64,000 nt of DNA, taken from contig JBDRCQ010000003.1 in the NCBI GenBank assembly GCA_043821585.1, positions 9,861-73,860 of the forward strand, written 5' to 3'. This stretch comes from an archaeon (lineage in GTDB: Archaea; Nanobdellota; Nanobdellia; Pacearchaeales; GW2011-AR1). Of this stretch, positions 35,064 to 43,943 are shown piece after piece (within the stretch, counting starts at the first letter, position 1; every line of letters starts with the position of its first letter). The notes under the pieces were generated by a model that was not told where the DNA came from, made no database searches, and saw only the letters and a program-made list of their open reading frames with translations. The position numbers were made by a program, and so were the translations under genes.

Positions 35064-36269
35064 CTATTCTTTCAAGAGAATGATCGATCCAACCAATAAT
35101 ACAACGGAGGAAATAACGAAGGAGATTGAAAATTCCCACAATGAGGTAGAAAAGTAGAAGAAAAGAGCAACCTCCAGCAACAAAAATCCCAACAAATATC
35201 TGTGGCCCCCAACCCTACCAAGGGATAATTTATACAGCAAAATAAGGTTAGCCACCGATGTTAAAGAGATGGCCAGGCCGAGGAGGAACAATATTTTTGC
35301 AGATTCTGGGATTACACTCCCCCTAAACAAATAAACTATCTGATCTGGAAAGAAGTAAAAAAGAAAGAGCGCAACAATTACCAAAAACATAACAAGGAGA
35401 AACGCATTGAGAAATAGGTTACCGGACCTTCTCTTTTTTGAATGGTTATCAGAAGATAATGGAAACATCGCCTTAGCAACAGGTAGAGTTCCCCAAAAGA
35501 TGGACTTTGATAATACTGCAGCCATAGCATACTTGCCAGCAAGTTCGGGTGAGAAAACAATTTTAGCTATGAATATGTCGATCGTATAAAATATTAAAAT
35601 AACCGTTGTTATAACAAACGCTGGTCGGGCATAAACGTAGATGCCCTCCGTCTTAGATTTGCCCTCCTTTGACTTCATAATCTTCCTCAGCTGAACAAAG
35701 CAAAGGATGAACGCGATTACGAACGCGATGAATGTACCTGCAAGGGCACCATAAACCCTCCACCCAGCATAAACCAAGAGGATAGACAGTAAAAGCTTGC
35801 TAAGCGCTTCCAGAACCAGATTCGCCCCCAGCCCAAAAAACATTTTTCTACCTTGTAGCACACCTTTAGTGATGGGCATTAGAAAAGCTGAAAAGATAAA
35901 TAATCCATTAAAAGCGAGCAAAAGATAGTCCACGTCCAGAATAAAGGTGAGGGGAATAGAAACGATTAAATAGAGTATAAAAAACAAAATAGACAGGACA
36001 AACGACTTCTTCAAGGACTTTCTCAGGATATTTTTTATCCTACCAGAGTTTGCCTCAGTTGAAGTGTACTTCGTGATAACTGTCTGAATCGACTCAGTAA
36101 ATATGCCAAACATATAACTCACCGAAAACAAGGCTGCGAGAGTCCCGTAATCAACAACATTCAACATTCTAACCATTGAAACTTGAAACAAGAGGTTGAA
36201 TAAATTAAAAAGCCCGAAAGCAATCAACAAAACAAAACTTCCTTTCATTAAACCTTTTTCAATCCTCAT
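35064..36269 (-). CDS. Wzx-like flippase / polysaccharide biosynthesis membrane protein (MOP superfamily)
   Basis: About 400 aa and multi-TM throughout. The track ORF extends to 36332. Met22 (MRIEKGLMK) at 36269 instead gives an ATGA overlap with the aglH stop, so I prefer that start. Confidence 0.65.
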   Translation of the reverse strand: MRIEKGLMKGSFVLLIAFGLFNLFNLLFQVSMVRMLNVVDYGTLAALFSVSYMFGIFTESIQTVITKYTSTEANSGRIKNILRKSLKKSFVLSILFFILYLIVSIPLTFILDVDYLLLAFNGLFIFSAFLMPITKGVLQGRKMFFGLGANLVLEALSKLLLSILLVYAGWRVYGALAGTFIAFVIAFILCFVQLRKIMKSKEGKSKTEGIYVYARPAFVITTVILIFYTIDIFIAKIVFSPELAGKYAMAAVLSKSIFWGTLPVAKAMFPLSSDNHSKKRRSGNLFLNAFLLVMFLVIVALFLFYFFPDQIVYLFRGSVIPESAKILFLLGLAISLTSVANLILLYKLSLGRVGGHRYLLGFLLLEVALFFYFSTSLWEFSISFVISSVVLLVGSIILLKE

Positions 36270-37282
36270 AAGAAAAGGCCTTCCCAGAACAACATGAAAC
36301 CTGCCACAATGATCAAAACCTGGAAAATCCAAACAAACAAAACCACTTTTATCTCAGTAGGTTTTATCCTCACTTTTTCCATCAACACGATTGCAACATG
36401 GTTAAGGCTATAAATTTTGTCATATCTCTGGGAAAGAGAGCCGTCCTTTCCAGGCTTACCAAAGCTCTGTTTTTTTAGTTTACCTCGAGATTTTAGAACA
36501 GTTTCAATGATATAAGGTATGAAGAAAAACACGGCTATCTTTTCGAAGTTGCCAAGGATTGCCATTATCGCAATTAAACCGCCCACAACGTATGTTAACG
36601 AATCTCCTGGGAACACAAGGGCTGGAGAGAAGTTATAAATTAAAAACGCGAGCAAAGCAGCAACCATACAAATAGCAATTACCGCAAGCCAGGGGCTGCC
36701 CGTCATGTAAGCTACTACTGCAAGTGCTGAGAGCAAGAGCATTCCTTGTCCGGCTTCCAATCCATTAAATCCCGCAAGAAAATTATATGTTGTTGTTGCA
36801 CCAACAATTCCTAACGGGATCAAAAGCAATGGGTAAATAATGCCCAGGTGCACAGAACCAAGAAATGGAAAAGACATCGAGTCTGCACCCGAATTTATAA
36901 CCATCAAAGGTATCGCAGACACCAAAACTAAAATCAGTCTTGATCTTATCGCAAGGCCTCCTTTTCTCCAGCCAAGCAAATCATCGATTAGGCCCACCAA
37001 AGTAAGTATCAAAAGAACAGTCAGTAATGAGAAGATTTCCACCAAAAACCCGTCCTCTAATCCAAGATAAAAAACCATATAGGCTATATAAAGAAGGGTA
37101 CCGATTAGAAAGCCCAACACTACCATGACTCCTCCCGAACCAGCAACCTTTTTCCCGCGGAACTTGTTCATGTCCTCCCATTCCAGTCCAACCTCGTGCA
37201 TCTTCCTTATCCAATAAGACAACAAAAACAAAGTTACAAAAAAGCTTGCCAAAACAGGGATGATAATCATTGAATCTACCAT
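36266..37282 (-). CDS. aglH: UDP-GlcNAc:dolichyl-phosphate GlcNAc-1-phosphate transferase (MraY/WecA/Alg7 family)
   Basis: 338 aa and about 10 TM. It carries LIDDLLGWRKGG (the family's DDxxD-type loop) and NFLAGFNGLEAG. It overlaps the aglB stop by 1 nt. Confidence 0.8.
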   Translation of the reverse strand: MVDSMIIIPVLASFFVTLFLLSYWIRKMHEVGLEWEDMNKFRGKKVAGSGGVMVVLGFLIGTLLYIAYMVFYLGLEDGFLVEIFSLLTVLLILTLVGLIDDLLGWRKGGLAIRSRLILVLVSAIPLMVINSGADSMSFPFLGSVHLGIIYPLLLIPLGIVGATTTYNFLAGFNGLEAGQGMLLLSALAVVAYMTGSPWLAVIAICMVAALLAFLIYNFSPALVFPGDSLTYVVGGLIAIMAILGNFEKIAVFFFIPYIIETVLKSRGKLKKQSFGKPGKDGSLSQRYDKIYSLNHVAIVLMEKVRIKPTEIKVVLFVWIFQVLIIVAGFMLFWEGLFL

Positions 37283-39978
37283 TATGTCCTTATTAACTCT
37301 TCAGGATAGTATGTATCCACAAACTCTTGTTTATATTCAATGTCCGAAGGATAATCTATCTCCCATATCCTAATAGGTCCCCTAACCCCTCCAAAATAAA
37401 CAAGGTCGTTAGAGACTGGAACGCCCTGTGACTTCATAGAGGCCACCACAAAGTCATCTTCACTATGTGCAAGCACAAAACCTTCAGGTTCCTGCTTATA
37501 AAGATACAATTTTGCAAGTTGTGAGTGAGCCACCCTCTCACTAAGATAAAGGAGAGCACCTTGCTGCTCGATGGTCACCCCGCCACCGCTGTTTTGATCT
37601 GCTTTAGGCATCAGAAAAATGCTTGCGTTAAGGCCGAAACCAAAATCTTTCAACTCGTCATCATATGCATACCTGAAGGGGATGTTGTATTGCCTTCCTT
37701 CATAAACAAAAATGCCCCTAGGATTGCTGATTATCTTATTGCCTGGGCCCATTTCAACAAGAATCGCTCCAAGACCTGCTTTCCCAGAAGGGAGGAATAT
37801 CCTAGAACCATTCTCTTCATATACAATATCTCCATCTAATCCTGCCCCCCCACTATAAACAAAAACAGTCGAGTTTTTCTTCTCCTGAGTTTGGCTATTA
37901 TCTCTTAAGAAACTAGGGATATAACTTGCTCTGTCATAACTCGCATCGCTACCAATGCTAGAAAAAGCAGAGTACTTTCCGATATCGGTAGAATCAATCA
38001 AAAAGTGTGTAGTATTGTGAGCATATAAAAAATCTAAAGCATCCCTTTCATTCGGGCCTGTGAGGGCATAACGACCCATCAGATGGTTCCAATAAGGCCT
38101 CGCATTTCCTCCATCCAATACTGTCGCTCTTTCGCCGATAGTCTGAACCCAGTATCCGTAATCCCACCAATGACCAAAAACAGCATCCTCTGAAGTGTTT
38201 TCCCGAACCCAACTCATTGCCTTTTGCCACTGTTGCGTATAACTCGAGGGCACGTTGTTAGGGGCACCTGCACTAATTCCCTGATAAAATGCGTAACCTG
38301 CGAATAACACAGCAATAACCACTATTGCTGAAATAACAACGAACACATTTCTCCTCAAGGAATCTTTTATCCTTAAAGAATGAACAGGTAGAACTACCGC
38401 GATGTAGGCCACAATAATTGACGCAGACGGTACAAGCATCATTATTAACCTCACTGCGCTTCTAGCGGAAAGCAAACTAATGACAAAAAACGCTAGCAAA
38501 AAAACCAAATTAAAATCAATCTCTCTCAACTTCTCCTTAGACTCCTCAGACTTACAATTCCATAAGTGATGGCCCAACACAAAAAGTAAAATTAGGGGCC
38601 CAAGAGCATAAAATACCAAACTCGCAAAATTAGTTCCGTTCAACGTGCCCGCACTCGAATATCTACTAAAGACCAAACTAACCAAAACCGCAACATACGC
38701 AATAGTGAATTTAACCCTGCTTTTGCCAATCTTAAGAACTGCTAAATAAAACAAATGCACTGATCCAATAAAGAACAACCAAAACGTCAATGCAACCCCT
38801 CTAACATGCGGGCCAAAATTAGATTCCCATTCAGAGAAGTAAGGCTGCCTATTCTCTGCGACAGTTACACCAAGCCTATCTGATGAGGGACTAACCAACT
38901 GATTCTTCAAATCGCCAATTTTGCTAAAAATTGTTGATGGCCCAAAGAAAATTGAGAATAAAACAACGCCAATAACAAGTGACATAACAAAAGAGGCCAC
39001 TGGTCTAGGAATCTTGAAGAATCCGTAATCAGCTACTTTTTCCTTAAGTTTAGTCCCAAAAACTAATTGGTCAACAACAAGGACAAAAAACAAAAATATT
39101 GAAGGTCCAACAGACGTAGAGGCCACCAAATTAGATAACCCGGTCCTATTGGACATTCCTAGGAACACTAGAATAAATACAAGGATCCATAAACTATAAG
39201 AAATAGTTCTCTTTTTGTCCACCTTGCCCAAGAAAAATGCAATCAGAGTCGCAAGAGTTATTGATATTGTTACGTAAATGTACCCTCCCCAAACCAGGGC
39301 CATGCCCGCGGTTGCCAAACCTGCTAACCCCGCAAGGAGGTATTTATTGAGATTCTTTTCAGAATTCCAAGAAGCCAGATAAAGGTAAAACGACAAAAAT
39401 AAGAAAGCAAGGCCACTAGCTTCCTTCTCAGGAATTCCTGCAATTGTTCTTGGCAGAATGGCAGGAATAACAGACAAGAAAAACGTTGCAATTAACGCTA
39501 CCGCCGATGCAAACTTTTTATCAAAACTCCTAGAGAAAATAAGTCGAGTCATAAAGAAAAATGCAATCATCGCTAAGGCAAACATAAAAGCAGGGTATAA
39601 AACAGCAGAATGAGTCACAGATTCCGATCCAAAAATCACGGCGATCTTGTGGAACCAAGCAATCAAATAAGAGTGCAAAACAAGTTCCTTGGATGTGTCA
39701 AAACCAAGTGGGACGTACCTCATTACATCATTGGCCATTAAACTCCCATTCTCAACTATATATTTAGCCCACCTCAAGAAAAGGAATGGATCAAGATCAG
39801 GGCCAAGCGTCCAGGTGCCTGTGGTAATATCCTTCAAACCACCCAAATTGCTCGTCCGAATCTTAACCGCAATCCATACAACAATGGCAAGAACTACATA
39901 ACTAACAACATTGTAATTATCCTTAAAAAACTTAATAGCCTTCTTCTTTCTCTCTTGAATTAATTCACTCTCTTCCAT
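37282..39978 (-). CDS. aglB: Archaeal oligosaccharyltransferase AglB (STT3 family)
   Basis: 898 aa with a 13-TM-type N-terminal half and the first-loop acidic motif GPDLDPF. The WWDYGYW motif (GHWWDYGYWVQT) is present, and STDIGKY is a candidate DK motif. A large C-terminal soluble domain follows. Confidence 0.9.
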   Translation of the reverse strand: MEESELIQERKKKAIKFFKDNYNVVSYVVLAIVVWIAVKIRTSNLGGLKDITTGTWTLGPDLDPFLFLRWAKYIVENGSLMANDVMRYVPLGFDTSKELVLHSYLIAWFHKIAVIFGSESVTHSAVLYPAFMFALAMIAFFFMTRLIFSRSFDKKFASAVALIATFFLSVIPAILPRTIAGIPEKEASGLAFLFLSFYLYLASWNSEKNLNKYLLAGLAGLATAGMALVWGGYIYVTISITLATLIAFFLGKVDKKRTISYSLWILVFILVFLGMSNRTGLSNLVASTSVGPSIFLFFVLVVDQLVFGTKLKEKVADYGFFKIPRPVASFVMSLVIGVVLFSIFFGPSTIFSKIGDLKNQLVSPSSDRLGVTVAENRQPYFSEWESNFGPHVRGVALTFWLFFIGSVHLFYLAVLKIGKSRVKFTIAYVAVLVSLVFSRYSSAGTLNGTNFASLVFYALGPLILLFVLGHHLWNCKSEESKEKLREIDFNLVFLLAFFVISLLSARSAVRLIMMLVPSASIIVAYIAVVLPVHSLRIKDSLRRNVFVVISAIVVIAVLFAGYAFYQGISAGAPNNVPSSYTQQWQKAMSWVRENTSEDAVFGHWWDYGYWVQTIGERATVLDGGNARPYWNHLMGRYALTGPNERDALDFLYAHNTTHFLIDSTDIGKYSAFSSIGSDASYDRASYIPSFLRDNSQTQEKKNSTVFVYSGGAGLDGDIVYEENGSRIFLPSGKAGLGAILVEMGPGNKIISNPRGIFVYEGRQYNIPFRYAYDDELKDFGFGLNASIFLMPKADQNSGGGVTIEQQGALLYLSERVAHSQLAKLYLYKQEPEGFVLAHSEDDFVVASMKSQGVPVSNDLVYFGGVRGPIRIWEIDYPSDIEYKQEFVDTYYPEELIRT

Positions 39979-40000
39979 TTTGAAGTGACCTTTCTAGGAG

Positions 40001-40027
40001 ATAAAACTTCCCTTATATAAAACTTCC
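40001..40027 (-). promoter_or_regulatory. Tandem 11-bp direct repeat (ATAAAACTTCC x2, 16-bp period) carrying TATA-like sequence upstream of aglB
   Basis: Exact copies lie at 40001-40011 and 40017-40027. On the coding strand they read GGAAGTTTTAT twice. The proximal copy ends about 22 nt upstream of the aglB ATG (39978). Confidence 0.35.
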
Positions 40028-40050
40028 TTTAAGACAATTCAATCTATGTT

Positions 40051-40944
40051 TTACCCACTAAAAAGAGCAGGAGTAACAAAAACTTCAATCAACGCCGCCA
40101 AAAATAAAACAATAACTGAGAGGATTATCAGATTAAGTGAATCCTGCAAAACGCTCCAGAATTTCTCTGTCCCAGTTTCGTGTCTTATTACTGCCACAGA
40201 AATAATCCCTCCCGCCAACGCAATTATAAAGTAGGAGCCAATTTCAAAAACCCCGTGTACAAAAAATCTCAACAAGCCTAGCGGCAATGCAGATAACTGA
40301 TAGTCCGTAAAAATTCCTATGGCTGCGCCAATAACACTCGCATTCCATGCCAAAATAAATATCACTCCTGCCCCAAATATTAGAGAGAACACAAGGGTAA
40401 ACAAAAGAACGTACATATTATTTGTAAAAATCAAGAACAACCTTTCGGTATTGGTTAGAAATGGGGTGACCTGAGTAGAATCTTTAATCCCATACTGTCT
40501 TACGCACGAATCAAAATTCCCTGGCCTATTTATCATGCAATAAGTTTCAATCTGCGCCCTAAAACTCTGAGTGCTCGGCAGAACACTATACCAAAAAGCA
40601 AACGCAATAGTAAAACCTAAAAACAACCATAGAAACGCATAAATCGCCTTTCTATGATCCTTCAAAAGTTGCCAACTCCCAGAGGTTTTAGTTATCTTCT
40701 TTTCTTCCAATCTAATCGTATAATAAATGAAAGGTATCGAAAACAAAACCGTAAACAGCACAACCAAAACTCCAGCCCTTTGATTCAAAACCGCGTCTTG
40801 AGCGAATACCCAGTTGACAAGCAGAACAGACAAACTAGCATAAAACAAACCAATAAAAAACATTTCCCACGGCCGCCTTTCGGCCTTCTTCGGATTAATA
40901 AGCATTTCTAACATGGCATTCCTCTTCTGATTTAGGATTACCAA
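40051..40944 (-). CDS. SpoIIM-like (DUF95) integral membrane protein
   Basis: 297 aa with FTNNMYVLLFTLVFSLIFGAG, AWNASVIGA, and FFVHGVFEIGSYFIIALAGG. These are typical stage II sporulation protein M family patterns. Confidence 0.6.
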   Translation of the reverse strand: MVILNQKRNAMLEMLINPKKAERRPWEMFFIGLFYASLSVLLVNWVFAQDAVLNQRAGVLVVLFTVLFSIPFIYYTIRLEEKKITKTSGSWQLLKDHRKAIYAFLWLFLGFTIAFAFWYSVLPSTQSFRAQIETYCMINRPGNFDSCVRQYGIKDSTQVTPFLTNTERLFLIFTNNMYVLLFTLVFSLIFGAGVIFILAWNASVIGAAIGIFTDYQLSALPLGLLRFFVHGVFEIGSYFIIALAGGIISVAVIRHETGTEKFWSVLQDSLNLIILSVIVLFLAALIEVFVTPALFSG

Positions 40945-41063
40945 ATCAACTTAAATAGTTTTGTGTCTTGGCGAATTTCAGCAAGCCACTGAGTTTCGAG
41001 GGGGTTCGAGAGCTCAATGAGCGAAAGGGAAGTAATCAATCTTGAGCTCTATCAACAAAACCA

Positions 41064-41071
41064 TTATAAAA
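41064..41071 (+). promoter_or_regulatory. Candidate TATA box for rpiB-rpe
   Basis: TTATAAAA is centred about 25 nt upstream of the ATG at 41092. Confidence 0.3.
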
Positions 41072-41091
41072 TAGCTCTGCCTAGTTAAAAA

Positions 41092-41541
41092 ATGAAAGAA
41101 GGCATAATCTTTTTGGCAAGCGACCACGCAGGTTTCAAACTAAAGGAAAAAATCAAAGATCCTCTAATTCTGAATGGCCACGCGATTTTCGATTGCGGAC
41201 CCTTTTCCTTCAACAAAGAGGATGACTACCCTGATTTCATAACTCCCTGCGCAAAAAGAGTCGCTAAAACAAAAAACTCTCTTGGGATAATTCTCGGCGG
41301 CTCCGGCCAGGGCGAAGCCATCGCCGCAAACAAAATCAAAGGCATCCGGGCAGCAGTTTTTTACGGTGGAGATAATAAGATAATTTCTCTATCAAAAGAA
41401 CACAACAACGCAAACATCCTTTCTTTAGGTGCATTCTTTCTAACAACCAAGGAGGCACTCAAGGCAGTCGATCTCTGGCTTAAAACTCCTTTCTCAAACG
41501 CGGCCAGGCACAAAAGAAGATTAGGGAAAATAGGTAAATGA
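41092..41541 (+). CDS. rpiB: Ribose-5-phosphate isomerase B
   Basis: 149 aa with SDHAGFKLKE, GGSGQGEAIAANK, and EHNNANILSLGA. The active-site loop has Gly in place of the E. coli-type Cys and is followed by Glu, as in Mycobacterium-type RpiB. Confidence 0.85.
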   Translation: MKEGIIFLASDHAGFKLKEKIKDPLILNGHAIFDCGPFSFNKEDDYPDFITPCAKRVAKTKNSLGIILGGSGQGEAIAANKIKGIRAAVFYGGDNKIISLSKEHNNANILSLGAFFLTTKEALKAVDLWLKTPFSNAARHKRRLGKIGK

Positions 41542-42167
41542 AGTTAGTGATCCCAACAATCTTCGCAAAAACTAAAAAAGAATTCAATGACAGATTAGCA
41601 AGGCTCTCGCCGATCTCAAAAAACCTCCAAATAGACTTCATGGACGGAAAATTCGTCAAAGCAAAATCAATTTCTCTCAAGGACATTCCAGATCTAAAAA
41701 AATTCAAAAACAACTTTGAAGCTCATCTCATGTGCCTTCATCCAGAAAAATACCTCTCACAATTAAAGAAAAAAGGATTCAAGAAAGTCATCTTTCACAT
41801 CGAAACAACCATTCATCCTGAGGAATTAATTCAAAAAATAAAAAATCTGAAGATGAAGCCAATGGTCGCAATAAACCCCAAAACGCCCATCGAAAAACTC
41901 CCAAAAAAAGTTCCGGTTCTTTTCATGGGGGTCAATCCAGGAGAGGAAAGTCAGTCCTTCATTCCCACACTCTACAAAAAAATAAAATCTTTTCGCCAGA
42001 AAAATAAACGAATAGCCATTCAAGTAGACGGAGGAGTCTCACCAAGGAATGCCAAAAGGCTCGCAGAGAGCGGAGTTGACGCAATAAATTCAGGAAGTTA
42101 TATCTCCGAAGCAGAAAACCCAATAAGGTCTCTAGAAGAACTAAAGCGTTTGTTCAAATGTAATTGA
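41538..42167 (+). CDS. rpe: Ribulose-phosphate 3-epimerase family protein (divergent)
   Basis: 209 aa with LQIDFMDGKFV (compare LHxDVMDGHFVPN), AHLM, and QVDGGV. It overlaps rpiB by 4 nt. The first metal-ligand His appears to be replaced by Gln. Confidence 0.65.
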   Translation: MKLVIPTIFAKTKKEFNDRLARLSPISKNLQIDFMDGKFVKAKSISLKDIPDLKKFKNNFEAHLMCLHPEKYLSQLKKKGFKKVIFHIETTIHPEELIQKIKNLKMKPMVAINPKTPIEKLPKKVPVLFMGVNPGEESQSFIPTLYKKIKSFRQKNKRIAIQVDGGVSPRNAKRLAESGVDAINSGSYISEAENPIRSLEELKRLFKCN

Positions 42168-42209
42168 ACAAATCAAGTCTTTTTTATACCCTTTTTGACT
42201 TAGATTTTA

Positions 42210-43139
42210 ATGAAATACAAGAAAGTGATATTCACTTCCATGGGGACATCCATCGCCCTTTTTCTAGTCCTCATCTTAGTTCTCGCACCGAGCATTAAGA
42301 GAGTTGTAGCAGAGGAAGTCGTGCTAGGTGCTCATCGGGGAGCTCACTCCCTACCTCCAGAAAACTTCAAGGAGAACACGCTCGAAGCATTTGAGAAAGC
42401 GGTCGAATCGGACAATTATAGGTTCATAGAATTTGATATTCAATACACAAAAGACAAGACACTCGTTGTTCACCACGATAAGTCTCTGTTAAGGTTACAA
42501 AAAAAGCCAGAGAGGATACCTGACCTAACTTACGAAGAGCTTTTAGAGGTAAGTGACTATCACATACCGACGTATGATGAAACGATGGAACTAACGGCAG
42601 GAAAAAAGCCATTAAACATCGAAATAAAATCTCAGGGCAATTTTGAAGACGACGAAGCTATTGCGGATAGAATAATTAAGGATTGCATGGAAAGAAAAAT
42701 ACTCGATAGTACACTAATCAGTTCTATATCTAACGAAGTCTTAATCTACATAAAAGAAAATTACCCTGAAGTAAAAACCGGCAAAATTTATTACATCGCC
42801 GAAAGCACACTCTTAAACTACGAATTTGCAACTTCTGAGTTATACAATGAACTAGACGAAGCAGACGCAGATTTTCTAATGCTCCATGGGTGCAACCTCC
42901 ACAATTACGGGAATCTAAAGAAACTTCTCCCAGAAGATAAAACACTTGTAATATGGTACTTCACAGACGAGATGTATATTGTTCAACCCAAAACAGAAAG
43001 TTGGGTATTCAAACTACAAGGGATCAGAAAGCTCACCGGGGCTAGAGATGCTTCCGGGCAAGAGCTGTCAAGAGGCTCGGTCAGAGGTTATGTTGGAAAC
43101 AAAGAAGAGGGCTGTGGTTGGTGGTGCCAAGGCGCGTAA
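42210..43139 (+). CDS. Membrane-anchored glycerophosphodiester phosphodiesterase (GDPD family)
   Basis: 309 aa with an N-terminal TM helix, followed by LGAHRGA, ENTLEAFEKA, and IEFDIQYTKDKTLVVHHD. Confidence 0.75.
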   Translation: MKYKKVIFTSMGTSIALFLVLILVLAPSIKRVVAEEVVLGAHRGAHSLPPENFKENTLEAFEKAVESDNYRFIEFDIQYTKDKTLVVHHDKSLLRLQKKPERIPDLTYEELLEVSDYHIPTYDETMELTAGKKPLNIEIKSQGNFEDDEAIADRIIKDCMERKILDSTLISSISNEVLIYIKENYPEVKTGKIYYIAESTLLNYEFATSELYNELDEADADFLMLHGCNLHNYGNLKKLLPEDKTLVIWYFTDEMYIVQPKTESWVFKLQGIRKLTGARDASGQELSRGSVRGYVGNKEEGCGWWCQGA

Positions 43140-43186
43140 ACGCCGAATTCAGATAGTTTTTTAACTTCTCCCTGTTATTAACTAAC

Positions 43187-43912
43187 ATGAATCCAGGAAT
43201 CTTAATTGAACTAGACAAGGTAAAAAAGCATTACTACATGGGTGAAGAAACGGTCAAAGCAGTAGATGGAATCTCAATAAAAATAGAAAAAGGTGACTTC
43301 GTAGCAATCATGGGACCTTCCGGTTCTGGAAAATCAACAGCAATGAACCTCGTTGGCAGTTTAGATCTCGCAACACATGGAGAAATTTACCTTGACGGAA
43401 ATGACATTGAACATATGGGGGAATCAGAACTTGCTCAAATCAGAGGCAAAAAAATCGGTTTCATATTTCAGTCCTTCAACCTAATCAACAACTTAACTTC
43501 AAAAGAGAACGTCATGCTTCCAATGCTCTTCCAAGACACTGAGAAATGGGAAAGAGAAGAACAAGCTGAAAAACTCCTAAGGCTCGTAGAATTAGGGGAT
43601 CGGATGAACCACTACCCTAATCAACTTTCCGGAGGGCAACAGCAAAGAGTAGCAATCGCACGCGCCCTAGCCAACGACCCAGAGGTTATCTTAGCAGATG
43701 AACCGACCGGTAATTTAGATACAAAAACAGGGAATATCGTGATGGAGTTCCTCGAGAAGCTAAACAAAAAAGGAAAAACAATTATCATGGTAACTCACGA
43801 TCCAGATACCGCAGTTAACCACGCAAAAACAGTTTATTGGTTAGTTGATGGGAAGGTTGACAAGGTGACAAAGAAGGTCGACGGAAAGTGGAAGGCCGTC
43901 AAAAAAGCGTAA
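43187..43912 (+). CDS. ABC transporter ATP-binding protein (MacB/LolD-type)
   Basis: 241 aa with Walker [10 protein letters not shown], the [15 protein letters not shown] signature, Walker [12 protein letters not shown], and an H-loop VTHD. Confidence 0.9.
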   Translation: MNPGILIELDKVKKHYYMGEETVKAVDGISIKIEKGDFVAIMGPSGSGKSTAMNLVGSLDLATHGEIYLDGNDIEHMGESELAQIRGKKIGFIFQSFNLINNLTSKENVMLPMLFQDTEKWEREEQAEKLLRLVELGDRMNHYPNQLSGGQQQRVAIARALANDPEVILADEPTGNLDTKTGNIVMEFLEKLNKKGKTIIMVTHDPDTAVNHAKTVYWLVDGKVDKVTKKVDGKWKAVKKA

Positions 43913-43943
43913 CCTCTCTCAGGCAAAAACCTAAAAGGAGCAA

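Noticed and set aside
40990-41020. tRNA-like T-loop sequence GGGGTTCGAGAG in the spoIIM-like/rpiB intergenic region.
   Set aside because: There is no complementary T-stem 3-prime half (it would need CCCC after the loop). I could not build an acceptor stem or anticodon arm either. This is not a tRNA. The nearby 9-bp inverted repeat is reported separately.
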